DNA of 64,000 nucleotides, from assembly GCA_965140445.1 (NCBI GenBank), contig OZ223236.1, positions 2,080,001 through 2,144,000 on the forward strand. The letters are read 5' to 3'. Below are positions 8,991 to 16,481 of this stretch, one piece after another. The notes beneath the pieces are model-generated. The model had not been told where the DNA came from. It ran no database searches and was given only the letters and a program-made list of their open reading frames with translations. Origin of the DNA: Candidatus Ozemobacteraceae bacterium. Lineage in GTDB: Bacteria; Muiribacteriota; Ozemobacteria; Ozemobacterales; Ozemobacteraceae. The position numbers and the translations under genes were made by a program. Each line of letters starts with the position of its first letter. Positions within the stretch are counted from its first letter, which is position 1.

Positions 8991-10658
8991 ATGCACTCGA
9001 AAAAACAGCGCTTGAGCGCTTTGTTTATTTTATTTTGTTTTAGTTTTGTTGTTCTGGGCGGACTATTTGCAGAGGAAAAAGAAGCCAAGCAAACTGGTAA
9101 GCCGGATGATATTCTTGCAGAAATTTCTGACAAGAAGATCGATAGAAAAATGTTTGAAGCAGAAATAGCCAAGCTTACTGCTGCCAACCCTCAGGCTGGG
9201 GCTTTTTTCGCCAAGCCAGAAGGTCGCGAAAAATTTCTGAATCAGATTGCTGAAGTATTTACTCTTGAAAAGCAGGCTAGAAAACTTGGCCTTGATAAGG
9301 GCGAAAAGTTTGATGCTGATTGCCGTGAAATGTCTGTGGGAATGCTCGCAGGGAAACATTTCCAGAGCATCGTAGATAAGGTTGTGGTTTCAGATGAAGA
9401 ACTTCAGAAGTTTTACAAAGATAACCAGGATAACTTCAAGGAACCTGCAGAATACAAACTTTTTCAAATTACTGTAGAAACTCCTCAGAAGGCCGCAGAT
9501 TTAAAAAAAGAACTGGATTCAGGAAAATCTTTTATAGAAACAGCTAAGAAAGAGTCTATTGATAGCTATAAAGATGCCGGCGGAAACCGTGGAATGGTAT
9601 CCGAAAAAGATCTTAGCCAGGCTGTAGCAGCAGTAATCGGCGATCTCAAAAAAGACGAACTCTCAAAGCCAATTAGAACTGGTGAAAAAGAATACCAACT
9701 TATTAAGTTCACAGAAAAGAAAGATGGGAAAGTGAAAGACTTCGCTTCTGTTCAAGCTGTAATAAAACAAGAACTCGGAAGCGGTAAACAGAGAGAAACT
9801 TACGAAAACACAATGGAGTCTCTTAAAAAAGAACTTGGTTTTGAACTGAACAAAGATTCTGTTGAATTGCTTAGGAAGCCAAACCTCTCTAAAGAAGATC
9901 TTGCAAAGACTCTTATGAAAGTTGGCGGAGAAGAGATGAAGGTGGAAGCAATCGCTGAAGAGCTTGAGCAGATTCCTCCATTTATTAGACCACAACTCCT
10001 TAATGGACAAGGACTTGATGATTTTATTAAACAGTTTGCTTATAGAAATCTTGCAGTTAAATACGCTGAAAAAAATTACGACGCTTTAGCCAAAGCTGCA
10101 CCAGATGTGTTAGAAGATGTTTCCAGAAGAACTGCAATCAAATATTTGCTCGATAAAGAAATCGGTAATCTTAAGGTTGATGACGCTGCAGTTAAAGAAT
10201 ATTACGACAAAAATACCGCAGAATTTTCTTCTCCTGCTCAGTTAAGAGCTCACCACATTCTCGTAAAAGAAGAAAAAGATGCCAAAGAAATTTTGGAACA
10301 ACTCAAAAAAGATCCAAAGCAATTCGAAAAGATTGCAAGTGAAAAATCAACCTGTCCTTCAGGGAAAAAGGGCGGCGGAGATCTGGGTATGTTTTCAGAA
10401 GGACAAATGGTTCCTGAATTTGATAAGGCATGCCAGGAAGCCGAAGTCGGAAAACTTGTTGGTCCTGTAAAAACACAGTTTGGGTATCATATTATCCGAG
10501 TTGATGAAAAACAGGCAGCTGGCGCGAAGAAGTTTGAAGAAGTTCAAGATTCTATTAGAGCCAAGTTACTTCCTCAAAAGCAGAAAGAAGCCTTTGAAGC
10601 ATTAATTGCAAAACTCAAAAAAGATTTTAATGTAAAGATTTATACTGAAAAGCTATAA
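8991..10658 (+). CDS. Exported parvulin-type peptidyl-prolyl isomerase/chaperone (PrsA/SurA/PpiD-like) with two PPIase domains
   Basis: SD GGAGG and an N-terminal signal/TM segment. The second domain is canonical (RAHHILVK, STCPSG, GGDLG, MVPEF, PVKTQFGYHII); the first is degenerate. Confidence 0.88.
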   Translation: MHSKKQRLSALFILFCFSFVVLGGLFAEEKEAKQTGKPDDILAEISDKKIDRKMFEAEIAKLTAANPQAGAFFAKPEGREKFLNQIAEVFTLEKQARKLGLDKGEKFDADCREMSVGMLAGKHFQSIVDKVVVSDEELQKFYKDNQDNFKEPAEYKLFQITVETPQKAADLKKELDSGKSFIETAKKESIDSYKDAGGNRGMVSEKDLSQAVAAVIGDLKKDELSKPIRTGEKEYQLIKFTEKKDGKVKDFASVQAVIKQELGSGKQRETYENTMESLKKELGFELNKDSVELLRKPNLSKEDLAKTLMKVGGEEMKVEAIAEELEQIPPFIRPQLLNGQGLDDFIKQFAYRNLAVKYAEKNYDALAKAAPDVLEDVSRRTAIKYLLDKEIGNLKVDDAAVKEYYDKNTAEFSSPAQLRAHHILVKEEKDAKEILEQLKKDPKQFEKIASEKSTCPSGKKGGGDLGMFSEGQMVPEFDKACQEAEVGKLVGPVKTQFGYHIIRVDEKQAAGAKKFEEVQDSIRAKLLPQKQKEAFEALIAKLKKDFNVKIYTEKL

Positions 10659-10741
10659 ACTCTATTTAAATGAAGCACAAAAATGGTCTAGATCTTATTG
10701 ATCTAAAAAAAATTAAATCAAAAATTTTCCCAGGAGGTTCC

Positions 10742-12292
10742 ATGCAACAAGTCGTGTATTCAGTCATATCACTTGCTATCGGTGGCCTCATCGGGTATTT
10801 CATCTCTAACTATTTGACCAGAAAAGCTGGCGCAGGGATACTTGCAGAAGCCGAAAATCAAAAGAACGAAATCCTTGATGAAGCAAAAAGAAATGCACAA
10901 AAAGAACTGGTAAGAGCCCAGAAACGAGCTAAAGAGATCAAAGAAAAAGAGCTTGTTATTAAAAAGAACTCAGAACGAGATGCTAAGAAGAAAAGACAAG
11001 AATTGGAAAGGCTTGAAAACACTCTCAACACAAGATTAGAGAAGGTGGATGCCAGAGCTGAGCATCTTGAAAATAGAGCTGATTCTTTACGTGACAGAGA
11101 AGCGGAAATTGATAAAGTTAAAGCTGATCAGTTAAGTATTCTTGAAGAGCAGAAAAAAGAGCTCGAAAGGGTTGCTGGTTTGACACCAGAGCAAGCCAAA
11201 GAGCAACTTATGAAGAAGATCGAAGATGAGCTTCAATACGAAATTGCTTTGAAGGTAAACGAATCTGAGCAAAAAATAAAAAGCGCGGCAGATAAAAAAT
11301 CTCGCGAAATTCTTGCTTCTTCAATTCAAAGATGCGCCACAGATCAGACTATTGATCCGATAGTTTCGGTTGTTGAACTTCCAAGTGAAGAAATGAAGGG
11401 GCGCATTATTGGTAGAGAAGGTAGGAATATCAGAGCTTTTGAAAACCTTACCGGCGTGGACGTCATTATTGACGATACTCCAGAAGCTGTTGTTCTATCA
11501 TCTTTTAACCCAATCAAGAGAGAAATTGCCAGAGTTACTCTGGAAATGCTAACTCTTGATGGCAGAATTCACCCTGCTAAAATTGAAGAGATGTATGAAA
11601 AAGCACAGAAAGAAGTTCATCTCAGAATTAAAGAAGCTGGTGAGCAGACTATGCTTGCCCTTGGAATTCAGAGTATTCATTCTGAGCTTGTTGAAATCGT
11701 TGGAAAGCTTAATTATCGCACGAGTTATGGCCAGAATGTTTTGCAGCATTCAATTGAAGTTGCAAATCTTGCCAGCAATCTTGCTGCAGAAATAGGGGCT
11801 GACATTCAATTGGCTAAACGCGCAGGTCTATTGCATGACATAGGTAAGGTTATTGAAAGTGATGAAGGTAACCATGCTAAACTTGGAGCGGATTTTGCAA
11901 GAAAATATCAGGAATCTCCAAAGGTTGTTAATGCTATTGCAGCGCATCATGAAGATGTTCCATTTGAAACCCCTGAAGCGGTATTAATCGCAGCAGCAGA
12001 TGCTATCTCTGCTTCGAGAAGGGGAGCAAGAAGAGAATCTCTGGAAGCTTACATCAAGCGTCTGGAAGATCTTGAATTGATCGCAAAAGGCTTTAATGGA
12101 GTGTCTCATGCGTATGCTATTCAGGCTGGTCGTGAGATCAGGGTAATGGTTAGTCCGGAAGAAGTTAATGATGTTCTGGCGCCTAAGCTCTGTCGTGATA
12201 TCGTTAAGAAAATTGAAAACGACATGGAATACCCTGGACAGGTTAAAGTTGTTCTGATCAGGGAAACAAGAAGTGTGGAAGTAGCACACTGA
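10742..12292 (+). CDS. rny: Ribonuclease Y
   Basis: SD AGGAGG. N-terminal TM helix, coiled coil, KH domain (MKGRIIGREGRNIR) and HD domain (LLHDIGK, AHH, ADAISASR), followed by YAIQAGRE. Confidence 0.97.
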   Translation: MQQVVYSVISLAIGGLIGYFISNYLTRKAGAGILAEAENQKNEILDEAKRNAQKELVRAQKRAKEIKEKELVIKKNSERDAKKKRQELERLENTLNTRLEKVDARAEHLENRADSLRDREAEIDKVKADQLSILEEQKKELERVAGLTPEQAKEQLMKKIEDELQYEIALKVNESEQKIKSAADKKSREILASSIQRCATDQTIDPIVSVVELPSEEMKGRIIGREGRNIRAFENLTGVDVIIDDTPEAVVLSSFNPIKREIARVTLEMLTLDGRIHPAKIEEMYEKAQKEVHLRIKEAGEQTMLALGIQSIHSELVEIVGKLNYRTSYGQNVLQHSIEVANLASNLAAEIGADIQLAKRAGLLHDIGKVIESDEGNHAKLGADFARKYQESPKVVNAIAAHHEDVPFETPEAVLIAAADAISASRRGARRESLEAYIKRLEDLELIAKGFNGVSHAYAIQAGREIRVMVSPEEVNDVLAPKLCRDIVKKIENDMEYPGQVKVVLIRETRSVEVAH

Positions 12293-12307
12293 TTTGATTT
12301 GAAAGAT

Positions 12308-12351
12308 ACTGCCCTGAGACAGGCATTAACTGCTCGGGGCAGTTTTTTTTT
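12308..12351 (+). terminator. Intrinsic terminator between rny and ymdB
   Basis: ACTGCCCTGAG...CTCGGGGCAGT followed by a long T run. Confidence 0.75.
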
Positions 12352-12365
12352 GGAGCACAACTATT

Positions 12366-13142
12366 ATGAAAGTTATCTTAATTGGAGATATTTACGGTAA
12401 AACTGGAAGAGACATTTTGCAAAAAAAGCTTCCAGAGCTAAAAGAGAGGTATTCTCCTGATTGGATTATTGCAAATGGCGAAAATGCTACCGGTGGAAAT
12501 GGTATTTCCGCCAAGCACGCTAAGGTTATAAAAAATGCTGGAGTTGATATAATAACTTCAGGGAATCATATTTATGCCAGGGTGGACTGGCCAGAAACTT
12601 TGAAAAAGTGCGAATATATTCTTCGCCCACAAAATATTGGTGGAAACAAGTTTTCAGGTGGCGGTTTTAAGGTGTTTGAAAAAGCTGGAGTGCCGCCAAT
12701 TGCAGTCATGAACCTTGCAGGTAGAGTTTTTATGGAAGATGCCTCCTGCCCATTCAAAGAAGCTGATGCTTTGATTGAAAATGCTCCAGAAGGTATTCCA
12801 ATCGTTTTAGACTTTCACGCTGAGGCTACCTCAGAAAAACTTGCGCTATTTTGGTATTTAAATGGACGCTGTGCGGCTTGCGTTGGAACCCATACCCATG
12901 TTCAAACTTCTGATGAAAGAATTCTGTCTGATGGGACTGCTGTTATTACAGATCTGGGCATGACAGGAGCTCTTGATGGAATAATTGGAGTTGATAGAAA
13001 TACTGTTTTAAGTCGCTTTACAAAAGGATACTCAGATAAGTTTGTTTGCGCTTCTGGTTTGCTAAAAGTAGAGGGAGTTGCCATTGAAATTTGTGATAGC
13101 TCACATAAAGCTGTTTCAATAGAAAGATTTAGGATTATTTAG
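12366..13142 (+). CDS. ymdB: YmdB/TIGR00282-family metallophosphoesterase
   Basis: IGDIYG, ANGEN, TSGNH, DFHAEATSEK, GTHTHVQT, TDLGMTG motifs, in the usual position after rny. Confidence 0.93.
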   Translation: MKVILIGDIYGKTGRDILQKKLPELKERYSPDWIIANGENATGGNGISAKHAKVIKNAGVDIITSGNHIYARVDWPETLKKCEYILRPQNIGGNKFSGGGFKVFEKAGVPPIAVMNLAGRVFMEDASCPFKEADALIENAPEGIPIVLDFHAEATSEKLALFWYLNGRCAACVGTHTHVQTSDERILSDGTAVITDLGMTGALDGIIGVDRNTVLSRFTKGYSDKFVCASGLLKVEGVAIEICDSSHKAVSIERFRII

Positions 13143-13482
13143 CTTCAGCTTTTTCTATTTCTGCCATCAGGTGTTTTATATAAGCTTCTAAAAAGTCTTC
13201 AGCCTGGTAGCCTGGTAGAACTTCTACCAGTTCACCTTTTGCAAACAAAACTGAAGTTGGAAGTGTTTTGGCATCAAATTTTTGCGCCAGATTCTCATTT
13301 TCATTTACATCTACGTCAATTTCCCAGATTTTTACTTTTTCTGGAAATTTTTTGTCTAGATTTGGTAAAACTTCTTTCTGGAGAAGGCTTGGTTTACACC
13401 AGGTTGCAGTAAAAGTTAGCAGGCAAATGCCTTTATCGTTGGTAACTTTTTCCTCAAAATTTTCAATTGTTAACTGTGACAT
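13135..13482 (-). CDS. Thioredoxin-like protein with atypical WCKPS (CxxS) active site
   Basis: SD GGAGG before the ATG at 13482. FTATWCKPS, IDVD, LAQKF, cis-Pro TLPT, F-x-KG. Confidence 0.85.
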   Translation of the reverse strand: MSQLTIENFEEKVTNDKGICLLTFTATWCKPSLLQKEVLPNLDKKFPEKVKIWEIDVDVNENENLAQKFDAKTLPTSVLFAKGELVEVLPGYQAEDFLEAYIKHLMAEIEKAEAK

Positions 13483-13513
13483 TTTTCCTCCAGCCTTATC
13501 CTTGCTGTTTGAT

Positions 13514-13542
13514 TTGTATGGATAGGTAAGATACTGTATAAT
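13514..13542 (+). promoter_or_regulatory. Sigma-70 promoter for the 13588-23819 operon
   Basis: TTGTAT (13514-13519), 17-nt spacer, TATAAT (13537-13542). SD AGGAG precedes TTG 13588. Confidence 0.6.
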
Positions 13543-13587
13543 ACCAGACGTTGACTTATAAATCGATAGATAAAACAGGAGAAAAGG

Positions 13588-14448
13588 TTGGATATACTTA
13601 GAATCAAAGAACATATCAGAGAATTTTTTAATTGCTCTGGAGGGAATGAATTGCCATGCTTTCCTGAGGCCATTCAATGTCCTAGCTTTCATCCTGATTT
13701 TTTTCTTGCCTCATTGGTAGAGGCTCCGCCATACTCTCTGTTTGCTTTTCAAATGTTAAACAAGATTTCTGCAAACCATGATTTTTTTGCTAATGCCGTC
13801 CCGGGCTTCATTTGGCAGTTTAATCATGCCGGCACAAATGACCTTTTAAGTAAGGTGACAGCTTTACTCCTGAAAGTCTCTGAAAGTCTTGAAAAAGATG
13901 GTTTAAAAGCTTACTTCTCGATGGTAACAGCTGATCATATGTCTTGTGGAATCTGCTCTAGAGGGGCAACATGGGATATTTTGTTAAATGGTGTTACCGT
14001 TGGAAAAGTAAATGTATTTTCAGAGCTAGCAGGAAGTTGCCTGAAAACGGATCTCGTTACCGTTCATATGGATCTTGGGTTAATTTTGGATTTTGCACAA
14101 GAAGCATCCGTCACAACTGAAACTGATTCATTGGCAGTCAATTGGAGCCAAAAGTTTGAACTTGGACAACTGCTTTCTCAAAGATTTTATGATCTAAATT
14201 CTAATGTTTGTAACAGTCAAATTGATCGATTAGATGAACTTTTAAAACCCATTGAAGAATGTTCTAAATCGGAATACGATGATGGTAAAGCATTTGTTCA
14301 AATTTTAACTTGTTTGAATCTTTACAAGGGGCATGAGAAACACCCGAACATTGAATTGGCAAATAAATGGCTGGTAAGCGCAGCTGAGAGAGTTAAAGAG
14401 CAGCTTTTTACTAAATCTGAATCAGGCCGATCTGGTGTGGAGAATTAA
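13588..14448 (+). CDS. Divergent glycyl-tRNA synthetase alpha-subunit (GlyQ)-like protein, catalytic motifs degenerate
   Basis: SFHPDFFLASL resembles GlyQ TFHPATFLRAL. RGATWDILLNGVTVGKVNVFSELAG resembles [25 protein letters not shown]. Length 286 aa is similar to GlyQ. Confidence 0.6.
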   Translation: MDILRIKEHIREFFNCSGGNELPCFPEAIQCPSFHPDFFLASLVEAPPYSLFAFQMLNKISANHDFFANAVPGFIWQFNHAGTNDLLSKVTALLLKVSESLEKDGLKAYFSMVTADHMSCGICSRGATWDILLNGVTVGKVNVFSELAGSCLKTDLVTVHMDLGLILDFAQEASVTTETDSLAVNWSQKFELGQLLSQRFYDLNSNVCNSQIDRLDELLKPIEECSKSEYDDGKAFVQILTCLNLYKGHEKHPNIELANKWLVSAAERVKEQLFTKSESGRSGVEN

Positions 14449-14449
14449 A

Positions 14450-15271
14450 ATGGCAAGATGGTTTTTATGTCTGATTGTTTTTTTTAGTTTTTCCATTTTG
14501 TTTTCAACAGCATCAGTCGCAAATGAAAATACTGCAATAACTGCAGAAAATCTTTTTTCAATTATGGAATCAAGAACTGAAAAAATTGATTCAATAACTG
14601 TTGATGTTCTTTTAGAAAATTCATTGGCAAGTAAAACTGTCAGTTTGTCTATTAAAAGCCCTGACAAATTTTCAATTGAATTTGACGATGGGTCCATAAA
14701 AACCTTTTTTAACGGAAAGGATTTGTGGATATATTTGGCAGCTATTAACGAAGTTTTTTATTATTCGGCTACAAAAGACAATTCAGTATTGTCATACCTT
14801 CCTTGGATAAATCCAAAAAGAATTTTCACCAATCTTACCAGAAACACTTTATTTTCACTTTTTATTCTTGATCTAATAAAAAAAGAAGTGAAGGTTAAGA
14901 AGACAGATTCATCACCTGCAGTGGTTGAATACACTCTAAAGCTTACTCCAAGAATTGAAAGTGTTTTTAAACAGGTTTTTGATGTTGGGCACTATTACAT
15001 GGTGTTCTCAAGTGAAAACTGGCTTCCGGTAGGGGTTTCTGAGTTTGCCCCTAATGGACTTTTGAGAGGAACTTTAAGGGTTAAAAAGTATGAAATTAAC
15101 CATGAAATTGATGATAGTTTTTTCAATTTTAATCCCCCGGAAGGCACCCCTATGATCCCTTTGAGTGTAGTGTTTGCTCAAAAGATCGAAGAGTATAGTG
15201 CTTTTATTGTTAAGAAGTTCTCAGATGCAGCACAAAAGATGAAATCAAACATTTTAAATTGGAGCTTTTGA
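14450..15271 (+). CDS. LolA-like (outer-membrane lipoprotein carrier/LppX fold) exported protein
   Basis: Signal peptide, IKSPDKFSIE, FFNGKDLWIY, and C-terminal INHEIDDSFFNFNPPEG typical of the LolA family. Confidence 0.75.
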   Translation: MARWFLCLIVFFSFSILFSTASVANENTAITAENLFSIMESRTEKIDSITVDVLLENSLASKTVSLSIKSPDKFSIEFDDGSIKTFFNGKDLWIYLAAINEVFYYSATKDNSVLSYLPWINPKRIFTNLTRNTLFSLFILDLIKKEVKVKKTDSSPAVVEYTLKLTPRIESVFKQVFDVGHYYMVFSSENWLPVGVSEFAPNGLLRGTLRVKKYEINHEIDDSFFNFNPPEGTPMIPLSVVFAQKIEEYSAFIVKKFSDAAQKMKSNILNWSF

Positions 15272-15272
15272 A

Positions 15273-16475
15273 ATGAACGAATTCCGAAAGAAGCTTTCAC
15301 AAAACGAGATAGAATCAGGAACTATAATCTGGAGTGAATCTCAAGATGCAAGTTTAAGAGAAATTATTCCGCAAACTCTCGTTTTTGACTTAGTTATTGA
15401 TGGTGAGGAATATGCGAATCTTTCGGTAGAATGGGATAAAAGAAGGCTTTTCTTAGGCGGGCCCCTTGCTGGAGTTATGGATGGAGCGGAGATTGTTTTG
15501 CGTCCTTCTAAAGACAGGGCCGCTGCTGTTGAATGTTTTATTAATTCGGCTCAGGAAAGAATTGTAATTAGAAAAAGGCTATCTCATCTGGAACATAACC
15601 AGAGGTATTTAAAGTGGTATGCCAGGGAAGACGATTTGTATCTGAGATTATTGCCTCAGGGTAAAGATTTTCAAATTGAAGTTGGTGGCAAAAGGATCAA
15701 GGGACGAGAAGCTGATTTTGATAAAAGAAAGATTGTAATCGGGGAAGCGCTCAGGATTTTTTCGCCCGGTGAAGATTTGATTATCCGGCTTGATGATAGT
15801 GGCTCAATACCTGTTTTGATTATTTCGAGAGAGGAGCTTGCTCATAATAATTTTGACGGTTCTACTCCCTTAAGATCTTTAATTACTCGATTACTTTCAA
15901 GACCTTTAAATGATTTTAGAGAAGGTGAAATTCGAGGCTTAATTGTACTTCTTGAAGAAAATAAAAAATTATGGGAAAGACTGGTTAATATTCAAGACGA
16001 AAACAGACACCTGAAGGAACAGGTTAATATGTTGGAAAGCTTGTTAGAGCAATTCTCAGCCAATAGCTTTTTTAACTCAAAAAGGGAATTTGAAACTTGG
16101 GTGGCGGGCCATATTAATCTTTTTGAAAAGGGAACCAGGCTTTTGCATCAGGATTACACAGTATGCCTGCCTGACGGGAAAAAACGCAGAATAGATTTGT
16201 TATGCCAGGATAAGAAGGGCGTTCTTGTTGCTGTGGAAATATTATTTAATCCAGATATGCGACAGCTTGATGAAACCTTGAACCTGATGGATATTTTAAA
16301 AGAGAATATTGAGTCCTTTGGAAATGAATTGACTGGAGGCTTGTTAAAAGCTTCAGATATAAGATGTATGATTATTTCAAATCATGAGAAAACTGATCTT
16401 GTTGAATACTGTTTACAACGCGGAGTAAAGCTATGCATGGTTAATAGCGGCTGCGTTATAGATATTCTGGAGTAA
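15273..16475 (+). CDS. Protein with two repeated N-terminal domains, a coiled coil and a C-terminal NucS/EndoMS-like PD-(D/E)XK-fold domain
   Basis: Internal duplication (RKKLS...IP...WDKRRLFLG versus RKRLS...LP...FDKRKIVIG). C-terminal RRIDLLCQDKKGVLVAVEIL. Confidence 0.7.
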   Translation: MNEFRKKLSQNEIESGTIIWSESQDASLREIIPQTLVFDLVIDGEEYANLSVEWDKRRLFLGGPLAGVMDGAEIVLRPSKDRAAAVECFINSAQERIVIRKRLSHLEHNQRYLKWYAREDDLYLRLLPQGKDFQIEVGGKRIKGREADFDKRKIVIGEALRIFSPGEDLIIRLDDSGSIPVLIISREELAHNNFDGSTPLRSLITRLLSRPLNDFREGEIRGLIVLLEENKKLWERLVNIQDENRHLKEQVNMLESLLEQFSANSFFNSKREFETWVAGHINLFEKGTRLLHQDYTVCLPDGKKRRIDLLCQDKKGVLVAVEILFNPDMRQLDETLNLMDILKENIESFGNELTGGLLKASDIRCMIISNHEKTDLVEYCLQRGVKLCMVNSGCVIDILE

Positions 16476-16481
16476 AAAGAT

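Noticed and set aside
10659..10741. 6S RNA, which often lies upstream of rny
   Set aside because: The gap is only about 83 nt of AT-rich sequence, too short and with no long hairpin.
13135..13692. 185-aa version of the thioredoxin ORF, and similar upstream extensions at 310, 4286, 6848, 8916, 10670, 20134, 30084 and 57525
   Set aside because: The extensions overlap promoters or neighbouring genes. Downstream starts have a clear SD or directly follow the upstream stop, and give family-typical N-termini.
13588..14448. Calling the GlyQ-like ORF a functional glyQ or a pseudogene
   Set aside because: Motifs 2 and 3 are missing, so it is unlikely to be a functional GlyRS. The frame is intact and full length with promoter and SD, so pseudogene status is unsupported.
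15273..16475. Restriction-modification or defence island around the NucS-like gene
   Set aside because: No methyltransferase, helicase, integrase or evident compositional shift. The gene is embedded in a tightly packed operon.
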